DNA of 55,012 nucleotides from a bacterium (lineage in GTDB: Bacteria; Auribacterota; UBA3054): contig JAFZID010000167.1 of the NCBI GenBank assembly GCA_017554565.1, forward strand, positions 1 to 55,012, in the 5' to 3' direction. Position numbers and translations under genes: made by a program. The notes under the pieces were generated by a model. The model saw nothing but the letters and a program-made list of their open reading frames with translations. It ran no database searches and had not been told where the DNA came from. Every line of letters begins with the position of its first letter. Position 1 is the stretch's first letter. Below are positions 44,201-50,565 of this stretch, piece after piece.

Positions 44201-46037
44201 TCAGCTCTCCTTTTTCTTCTTGTTTTTTGTTCAGATAGGCTTCCGCAAGCTGATTGATAGCCTCGTTCAAGAAGGCTGCACTTCCCATAGCTGGTTCGCA
44301 AACCTTAAGATTAAGGATCTCGTCTGCAGTTTTATCCTGTAGTAATTCCTTCAGAGCATATTTGACTAGACACTTTGTTAGAACTTCAGGCGTATAGTAG
44401 GAAGCTGATTTTTCTCTTTCTCTACCCGCCAATCGATAGATAAACGTGCCTTTCTCATATTTTCTGAGATCTCCTTGCCTATATCTTCCATCTGGATCAT
44501 CTCTATCATAGCGGACTCGCTCGGCTTCGGTATATTGTTCGAGTTCTTCTTCAGCTACAAAATAGCCTACGTCTAGCTCATTGAAAGTGTCGCCGGCTTT
44601 TTTGACCTCAAAGAGAGTGTGTTCAGCTATAAATCCCCTATATGAAAGCAAAGCTTCATATACGGCGCCTAACTGGTTGATACCGAGGTTTGCGTAGGAA
44701 ATACGTCCGCGTCTGGAGTTCCTTCTTCCTGTTTCTCTGGTCAAGCTCATGAGATCAATGATTCTGAGCATAACCTTGTTGCGTATCTTAGACTCTGAAA
44801 TCATTTTCGTATATTCAGGATCAAAGATATGCGCCTTTAGGGGAGAGATTAAGAACATGTCATGAAGACTCTCTTCTTTGGAATACTTGATGAGATCTTC
44901 TTCCTTTTTAGGATAACCATTGTAAATAAGGTCATAGAGCTTAGAGAGGGACTCGTGAAGATAAAAACCTTCTCCAACTTCAGTAACGTCGTCTCGTACG
45001 CTGTCAGCAATGTCTCTAAGACTTTCCAGGGAATATCCTGTCAGATAAGATTGAGCCTTAATAGGGGCGTAGCCCAGTTCCGGACGCGATTCAATGAACA
45101 ACATGAAAAGCATACGATACATATAGCGCAGACATTCAATAGTAAGCTGTCCGGCATCGACAGGATCAGTTTCAAAGTTCCTGCCGAGACGATGCTTCAT
45201 GTCGTAAAGGACTTCATTACCTAAAAGCTCAATGCACTCTCTAAGGGCGTATTTAAGATCCTGGGAAACGCCGGCTGCGTGCCTTTGAGAATTGGCGTCT
45301 AATTGATCTATAAGACTTGTCCCGTCTTCTGGGCAGAGACTGTCTTTATGAAGAAGGACCGCCATTGCCTGAAGAGTGGATTCTTCATGACGGCTGAATA
45401 TATCCTCTAGTTCGAATTGGAGAAAACGCTTTTCGTTCCACTTATTTCTATCGATCAGCGCGATCTGATTCATCCCTATAAGGATTACAAATCTCGGAGG
45501 CTCGGCTTGGCCAAAAAAGATTTTCGTTACAAGATCTTCATTTGTGATTGTGGTTAAGCAATTTGACGGAACACTATTTTGGCCTTCTTCACCTATGTCA
45601 TTAATAGAAAAACAATATTTATCAAGGATAGAGGATTCTTTGTCTTCAGAAGCAGCTAATAAAACCCAAAGAGCCGGAGCACCGTTAGCTTTTTTTATTT
45701 CAAGATAAACTGGTGCTTTCGTATCATCATCGATCTGTATCCATTCAGGTGAGGCAGAAGGATAATTTAAAGAAGAAAGATAAAGATCGGCTAAACTACG
45801 GATGTTTGAAACTGTTTGGGTGTCAAATCTTGATCTTAAATAACGATCGTGAATCGTGTAATACTGTCTTGCGCAGTCTCTAAGACGAGACCAGGGCGTT
45901 TTTACTCCTTCCCCTTCCTTAGCTTCAGCTCTCCACTTAGAAATAGTTTCAGAAGCATTCTCCTCAAAAATAGAGGAGAAGTAATGATTCGTATAATATT
46001 CGTTCTGGTTAGTAATACCAGTTAAATCCATGCTCAT
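41223..46037 (-). CDS. Very large (1604 aa) Eco57I-type N6-adenine DNA methyltransferase (DrmMI-like)
   Basis: SAM motif I is VCEPAMGSAAFLNEAI (aa about 578), followed by YGIDLNPVAVELAEVSLWL. Catalytic motif IV is IIGNPPWIKIEW (aa about 973). I see no nuclease motif. Confidence 0.9.
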   Translation of the reverse strand: MSMDLTGITNQNEYYTNHYFSSIFEENASETISKWRAEAKEGEGVKTPWSRLRDCARQYYTIHDRYLRSRFDTQTVSNIRSLADLYLSSLNYPSASPEWIQIDDDTKAPVYLEIKKANGAPALWVLLAASEDKESSILDKYCFSINDIGEEGQNSVPSNCLTTITNEDLVTKIFFGQAEPPRFVILIGMNQIALIDRNKWNEKRFLQFELEDIFSRHEESTLQAMAVLLHKDSLCPEDGTSLIDQLDANSQRHAAGVSQDLKYALRECIELLGNEVLYDMKHRLGRNFETDPVDAGQLTIECLRYMYRMLFMLFIESRPELGYAPIKAQSYLTGYSLESLRDIADSVRDDVTEVGEGFYLHESLSKLYDLIYNGYPKKEEDLIKYSKEESLHDMFLISPLKAHIFDPEYTKMISESKIRNKVMLRIIDLMSLTRETGRRNSRRGRISYANLGINQLGAVYEALLSYRGFIAEHTLFEVKKAGDTFNELDVGYFVAEEELEQYTEAERVRYDRDDPDGRYRQGDLRKYEKGTFIYRLAGREREKSASYYTPEVLTKCLVKYALKELLQDKTADEILNLKVCEPAMGSAAFLNEAINQLAEAYLNKKQEEKGELIPADKRLQELQKVKMYIADNNVYGIDLNPVAVELAEVSLWLNTIYEGGYVPWFGTQLVNGNSLIGARRQVYHKNQLTTSENGKRWYENAPERIPFTKLDASGRNIARSRFQVYHFLTGDPGMCKYTDRVIKDLEPENIRLMKNWNKDFIKKYSEQEFNSLIELSKVVDVLWKQQVSDRQLLERETITSLDIYGQHDSRKDNHLTIREKDKYLSNIYKSERAKNAGAYARLKFAMDYWCALWFWPITEANLLPTRQEFIQDMDMILRGVMGTQSKQGKQGDLFGEEISRPKTQKGTQGDLFSEDQPEAESEEENIKQVDLEELCTLYPRLALVKKIAEQNHFMHWELEFADLFAEHGGFDLIIGNPPWIKIEWNEQGMLSDIQPMFAVKRLTASETTNFRNDALESETSKKMYFSEYESLSGEQAFLNSEHNYIDLKGQQTNLFKCFLPQAWQFNTSQGVSAFIHPEGVYDDPQGGALREKLYPRLRKHFMFANERKLFPEVHHHTTFSLNVYGGPLDLPQFDSISNLYIPSTIEECYDGDPILPVPGIKDENGWCTKGHPNRIVHVSKKELTIFANIFDNSSKWETARLPVIHEMLYVDVLQCFANQEVNLGKMFDEISVSEMWHETNRQNDGTIKRNVHFPNSAIDLIISGPHILVSNPLFKASRRVCRLNSDYDNIDLTIIPDDYLQRCNYSPKCDITEYDNRAPITPWGEKSYLNYRIFMRNMLGQGGERTLVPAILSPKIGHVHAVLEIGFKHINKLPFVESLLSSLPYDFYIKCTGKNSGGIGLLRPLPFINNDKILEASCIALVLNCLTSHYSKLWEECWHNTFRERKWAKIDSRLSNDHFLSLSSKWDKNCPLRTDFERRQALIEIDVLVAMALGISLKQLISIYQSQFYILKEYESDTWYDANGRIVFTNNRSLTGVGYSRQEWENGKKGAPAGEKFYRTVTDDTMPGGPVERTIEYIAPFDRCDREKDYETAWKFFEDKYGKI

Positions 46038-48853
46038 TATGCTATCCCCCTTATCACAGCAATGATTCGAATATAGGGATTATTCTGAATTGTCAAAGTG
46101 TCTTTAACCCAGGTCTCAAACTTATTAAACAATTCATCGACTTTTCGTTCGTTCTCATCTCTTAGACGTGCATCTACAAATAATGATCTTTGGTAAACCT
46201 TATGCTTGGATTCAAGTTTAGCTAGCTTATTGATTTCCTCATCAAGAAGAGGACTCATACGACTAACATACTCCTTATATTTGGCATCTAGGTATTCTTT
46301 AGCGCGAGCTACGACATCTTGGCGTAAGCTCATTGCCTCAGCTATCTCGGCTTCTGAGAGAGCGTTTCTGTTGGGAATATTGAGGCCATTTAACCCTGTC
46401 TTGTTCAAGACCTTTTGAATTGTTAAAGTATCTGAATATTTTCCATTTTCATATACTAGGCCAAAACACTCGTCTACCAAAGGCGTTGATTTTTTGTTGG
46501 GGATTGTACCGGCAACTACAAAAATTATCTCAGAAGGTTTTAATACGCCATTTAATCCTATGATAGGCGCTTGCCCTCTATCGAACAGCAGATCAGATTT
46601 TTCATTGATCCAAGTGAACAATGGGTGCTGCTTCCATAGATACTGAACTTTAGGCCAGGCTGTCTCAGCCATATTATTTTGCATGCTGCGTTTCATTTCA
46701 CTCATGCAAAAGTTTTTATCATCGGAAAGTCTTAATGTATCACCCTGAGGCATCGCTTCGTCAGGGAGAAGAGCTTTCAGCCTCCTTTTCATGTCAGGCG
46801 TGATAGTAACATCTAAGCCTGTCACCCTTTCTAACCTTCTGACAGGGTGAGCCTCAGAATTATTTAAAAAGCCTAATGAATGTTCCAGATAGTCTATGTC
46901 TGAGAAAAGGGTTTCATCAGTTTTAGTCCTTGCGGGTGTGCTTCCCTCAGACGAAGCTGCCATAAGAGCCTCGAAAGGATTAAATTCTTTTTCTCCATCC
47001 TCCAATAGTTTTTTAAAGGCGGAAGAATCCGACCCGTTTTCAATAACCTCAGAAACAACCTGCTCTTCTTCCTCGGCAGTGTATTTGCCCAATAAAAGCG
47101 TTGGATCGCCAATATTCTTCAAAGCTTGCTCTTCTTTATCGACAAGAATATCGATAATACGCATATCGCCCTTTATTCTGGGATTAGCGCTTTCTATGAA
47201 CATATACCGAATATCAGGGCGTTTCTGTTGACCATATCTATCGATTCTTCCGTTCCTTTGCTGGAAAACCATTAGTGACCAGGGGATGTCGAAATGGATC
47301 ATTCTATGGCTTAGATAATGCAAGTTGAGTCCCTCGGAAGCAACATCAGAAGCCACAAGTATTCGAATAGGTGATTCTTCTCGCCCAAATTTTTCTACAA
47401 TGTCCTGTTGGTCTGTATCGCTCATCTCACCAGAAATCTCTTGAACAGCATCATTTGGCAAATTCAGATCTCTTCTGAGCTGAGCCGCTAGGAATTTCAT
47501 GGTTTCAATGCGTTCTGTAAAAATCACAACACGGTCATCTTTTTCCCTAGTCCATCCGTATTCATTGCTTTTTAACAAAGAGAGTAACTTCTGATAGCGG
47601 GAAAAATCTTCTGATGTTATGGCAGCAATAGCTTCTTTTAATGTTTCCAAGGATTCTATATCTTTGATGTCATCTTGCCCGTTTCTTTTCTTTAACTTGG
47701 CTAATCTGGCATCGATGCTCTTAATGCACGCCGCTGGGCTAGAAAAGAGAGATTTTTCCAAAATGGTTTTAAACAATTGGCTTGCGGTTCCTCTTTTCGC
47801 ATCCATTTGAAGTTCCATTTCAGCGAAAATGGAATAAGCCTTTTCCTCTTTTTCGGATGCCGGACATAATTCTTTAGTGACTACCCTTTCCAAAAACGAT
47901 CCGGCAACCTGATTTTTAACGTCTTTTTTGAAGCGACGAACACACAGTCCTTTTATGTCTTCCTTTGTATAATGCTCAGGATCAGCTATGGCCGTAGGAT
48001 CAAGCATATTCATCAAAGAAGCAAAGCTTTTCGCTCGCCCATCATGCGGCGTTGCAGAGAGCATAATCATCGTATCGGATCTATCCGCTAGCAGTTTTGC
48101 TAGTCTTGCACGTTGAGCTTGCCTGTCTCCTCGTTCAGCTACGTTCTGTGCTTCGTCAATAACTATAATATCCCAGTAAGCGTTTTCAAGATGTGTCCTA
48201 TACTCAACATCTCGTTTAAGAGTATCAATGGAAACAATGGTTTTATCGTAGTAAAAGAAAGGATTGTAGTTGGATGGAAGCTTAGATCTGATATCCTGTA
48301 TCTTTTTAGAATCTAATCTAACGAGAGGTATAGTGAATCGATTCCACATTTCCTTTTGGAATTGTGTCATCATGCTTTTGGTAGTAACAACAAGAATTCG
48401 TTTCCCTTTTCCCCTTGCAATCAGCTCACTCATCAGAATGCCAGCTTCGAGTGTCTTGCCTAAACCCACAGAATCAGCAATAAGAATACGCTGCCTTGGC
48501 CTCTTCAGAGACATTTGTGCAGGCTCCAGCTGATAAGGCATAAGGTCCATTGCCGCGTTATTCCCAATATGCAGATCTGTGTCAGTCGGTATTTGTTGTC
48601 TCAACTGACTTTCAAGATATAGCTGAGTCCTTCTAAAGTGGGGTGAAGAATCAGGAATCAGCTCAACTTCGGCCGGATTTACGATGGTAATATCTTCGAT
48701 ATCGGTTAAGAAGATACTTTCTTTATCTTTGACAAGCGGAGAAATACCAACACAGTGCAACGCTTGGTTGCCCATATTGTTCATTTCAACTTTTTTGACC
48801 ATCCATTCTTCTTGCCGAATGATGACCCTCATTCCCGGAGCGTACTCTATCAT
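46037..48853 (-). CDS. SNF2-family (RapA/HepA-like) helicase (DrmD-like)
   Basis: Motifs are LIADSVGLGKTLEAG, IVIDEAQNV, MLSATPHDG and QQRNGRIDRYGQ. Its stop overlaps the methyltransferase start (TAATG at 46035-46039). Confidence 0.9.
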   Translation of the reverse strand: MIEYAPGMRVIIRQEEWMVKKVEMNNMGNQALHCVGISPLVKDKESIFLTDIEDITIVNPAEVELIPDSSPHFRRTQLYLESQLRQQIPTDTDLHIGNNAAMDLMPYQLEPAQMSLKRPRQRILIADSVGLGKTLEAGILMSELIARGKGKRILVVTTKSMMTQFQKEMWNRFTIPLVRLDSKKIQDIRSKLPSNYNPFFYYDKTIVSIDTLKRDVEYRTHLENAYWDIIVIDEAQNVAERGDRQAQRARLAKLLADRSDTMIMLSATPHDGRAKSFASLMNMLDPTAIADPEHYTKEDIKGLCVRRFKKDVKNQVAGSFLERVVTKELCPASEKEEKAYSIFAEMELQMDAKRGTASQLFKTILEKSLFSSPAACIKSIDARLAKLKKRNGQDDIKDIESLETLKEAIAAITSEDFSRYQKLLSLLKSNEYGWTREKDDRVVIFTERIETMKFLAAQLRRDLNLPNDAVQEISGEMSDTDQQDIVEKFGREESPIRILVASDVASEGLNLHYLSHRMIHFDIPWSLMVFQQRNGRIDRYGQQKRPDIRYMFIESANPRIKGDMRIIDILVDKEEQALKNIGDPTLLLGKYTAEEEEQVVSEVIENGSDSSAFKKLLEDGEKEFNPFEALMAASSEGSTPARTKTDETLFSDIDYLEHSLGFLNNSEAHPVRRLERVTGLDVTITPDMKRRLKALLPDEAMPQGDTLRLSDDKNFCMSEMKRSMQNNMAETAWPKVQYLWKQHPLFTWINEKSDLLFDRGQAPIIGLNGVLKPSEIIFVVAGTIPNKKSTPLVDECFGLVYENGKYSDTLTIQKVLNKTGLNGLNIPNRNALSEAEIAEAMSLRQDVVARAKEYLDAKYKEYVSRMSPLLDEEINKLAKLESKHKVYQRSLFVDARLRDENERKVDELFNKFETWVKDTLTIQNNPYIRIIAVIRGIA

Positions 48854-48905
48854 ATGCCCTTGCTTGATTATAATTAAGTTTAGAATAACTTAAAATATTT
48901 TATCA

Positions 48906-48956
48906 TTTCCTGCTAGGAAATTAAATAGAACGAAATGTCGCAAAATCGCGACATTT
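48906..48956. promoter_or_regulatory. Two short palindromes in the leader/promoter region of the defence operon
   Basis: The first is ATTTCC-TGCTA-GGAAAT (48906-48922). The second is AAATGTCGC-AAAATC-GCGACATTT (48933-48956). They lie 53-103 nt upstream of the SNF2 ATG. A TATAAT is present on the minus strand at about 48872-48877. Confidence 0.3.
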
Positions 48957-48978
48957 AAAGGGGTTTTGGGCGGCTGCA

Positions 48979-49186
48979 CTAGTAAAATCAGTGTACTTCA
49001 CTACTGAAATTAGTGTAATGCTAGTGGTGTTGATAGTATGCTAGTGAAGGGGATAGCGTGCTAGCAGGATTGGTAGTAAACTAGCGAAAGGGGTAGTGTG
49101 CTCGTGAAAATGCTAGTGCGCTAGCAAAATCGCTGTACTTTACAACCAAAATCAGTGTAATGCTAGCGAAAGTGGTAGTGTGCTAG
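48979..49186. repeat. Phased CTAG-delimited repeat array: 42-nt unit, five 20-nt units, 42-nt unit, one 20-nt unit
   Basis: By direct reading every unit ends in (G)CTAG, with one CTCG variant. The 20-mers have the consensus YGAARGGGTAGTGTGCTAG. The two 42-mers are about 79% identical. There are 9 CTAG sites in 208 bp. Confidence 0.8.
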
Positions 49187-49217
49187 TAAAAAGGGTAGAA
49201 AAGGTATGGTTGGTTTG

Positions 49218-50513
49218 TTAAAGTCCCAACATCTCTTTAGCTTCTGCGTGACCTTGTTCAGCAGCTTTCTTAAGCCAAAATGTTGCTTGTTCTGGATCGG
49301 GATCTATGCCTTTGCCGTAATAATAAGCAAGGCCCAGGGCGAATTGTGCACTGGCATAGCCTTGCTCGGCGGATTTTGTAAACCATTCTACGGCTGTTTT
49401 ATCGTCGCCAATCGAATCATAGTATACTCCCAAGCCGTACTGGGCCATGCTGTTTCCATCTTCTGCGGCGGCGGTAAAAAGTTCTTTAGCTTTCTCGAGA
49501 TCTTGCGGTACTCCTTTTCCGACCATATAGCAAGCGCCTAAATTATACCTTCCAAAAGAGTCGCCAAGATATGCTGCTTTCTTAAACCATTCAACAGCTT
49601 TTTCATCGTTGTTCAATTTAGTATAAAGTTTTCCTAAAGCGTTTTGGGCGCCAGAAAGTCCCTGTTCCGCCGCTTTTGTGTACCATTCCTTGGCTTTATC
49701 GTAATCTTGCGGTACACCGTTTCCATTTTCATAACAATCCCCGAGGGCATACGCTGCGTTCAAATTGCCCTGGCTTGCAGATTTGGAAAACAACTCCACG
49801 GCCTTTTTGAAATCTTGCGGCACACCTTTGCCGAAATAATAAAAATTACCTAATGAGACCTGTGCGTTTGATTCGCCTTGTTCTGATGCTTTTGTGTAGT
49901 ATTCTATAGCTTTTTCGTAATTTTGCGGGGATCCTTCACCAAATTCGTATTGTAGTCCTAAAATATATTGTGCTTCATCATCTCCTTGATTTGCAGCATT
50001 GATAAAATATTCTGTGGATTTAGCGAACAGCTCGTCTGCTTTTTTAGAATCTTGCGATACACCAATTCCTATTGCATAACAGTAGCCTAAATTGTGCTGT
50101 GATTTAGCATCTCCTTTTTCAGCTCCTTTTTTGTAGTATTCAACAGCTTTTTCGTAATCTTTTGGCACACCAACTCCAAAAATATAAAAATCGCCGATAC
50201 TTTCATAGGCAGGAGCGTATCCTTGCTCAGCCGCCTTTGAATATAATTCAAAAGCCTTCTTGAGATCTTGAGAAACACCTCTTCCGCGCGCATAACGTTT
50301 AGCCAAATTATATATGGCCGGAGCGTATCCTTGTTTGGCAGCCTTTTCAAAATATTTAAAAGCTAAATTGTCATCAGCTGCTTTAACCCCGAGCTGATTG
50401 TATCGTTCCGGAGTGTTATTGATGAAGCGCAAAAATAAAAACGTACACACGATCATTACCGAGATAATGATAAGTACGGCTATTATGTTTTTGGATGATG
50501 CGTTGGGTTTCAT
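49218..50513 (-). CDS. Membrane-anchored Sel1-like (SLR/TPR-family) repeat protein
   Basis: An N-terminal TM helix is followed by about 10 tandem ~36-aa units of the form A..WY.KAAEQG...AQ..LG.CY..G.GV.QD..KA. Confidence 0.9.
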   Translation of the reverse strand: MKPNASSKNIIAVLIIISVMIVCTFLFLRFINNTPERYNQLGVKAADDNLAFKYFEKAAKQGYAPAIYNLAKRYARGRGVSQDLKKAFELYSKAAEQGYAPAYESIGDFYIFGVGVPKDYEKAVEYYKKGAEKGDAKSQHNLGYCYAIGIGVSQDSKKADELFAKSTEYFINAANQGDDEAQYILGLQYEFGEGSPQNYEKAIEYYTKASEQGESNAQVSLGNFYYFGKGVPQDFKKAVELFSKSASQGNLNAAYALGDCYENGNGVPQDYDKAKEWYTKAAEQGLSGAQNALGKLYTKLNNDEKAVEWFKKAAYLGDSFGRYNLGACYMVGKGVPQDLEKAKELFTAAAEDGNSMAQYGLGVYYDSIGDDKTAVEWFTKSAEQGYASAQFALGLAYYYGKGIDPDPEQATFWLKKAAEQGHAEAKEMLGL

Positions 50514-50523
50514 TTATATACGG

Positions 50524-50558
50524 CAAAAATACCCCCGCGCTGTTGGCGCGGGGGTATT
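50524..50558 (-). terminator. Rho-independent terminator after the GLUG-protein gene
   Basis: The 13-bp GC-rich arms AATACCCCCGCGC / GCGCGGGGGTATT have a 5-nt loop. A T-run follows on the minus strand. Confidence 0.75.
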
Positions 50559-50565
50559 CGTTATT

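Larger units (their letters stand above)
30280..50513 (-). other. Low-GC genomic island B: a defence operon plus a Sel1-repeat gene
   Basis: GC falls to about one third from about 30280. It rises to about 40% in the Sel1 gene and returns to backbone level at the 50524-50558 terminator. No integrase, transposase or tRNA is present. Confidence 0.6.

Noticed and set aside
41223-48853. I considered reading the SNF2 and large MTase pair as BREX (PglX) or as a Type I/III restriction-modification system.
   Set aside because: No PglZ, BrxC/BrxL, HsdS/HsdR or Res genes are in the operon. The partner genes (DEAD helicase with a DUF1998 module) fit DISARM-like content better.
49206-49853. Plus-strand ORFs (111 aa and 69 aa) lie opposite the Sel1-repeat gene.
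   Set aside because: They are antisense to a gene with unmistakable tandem Sel1 repeats, and the translations are Cys/Phe-rich nonsense.
30280-50513. I considered calling island B an integrative mobile element such as a prophage, ICE or transposon.
   Set aside because: There is no integrase, transposase, recombinase, tRNA attachment site or convincing terminal repeat. The inverted 10-mers at 30482 and 48979 could be chance in AT-rich DNA.
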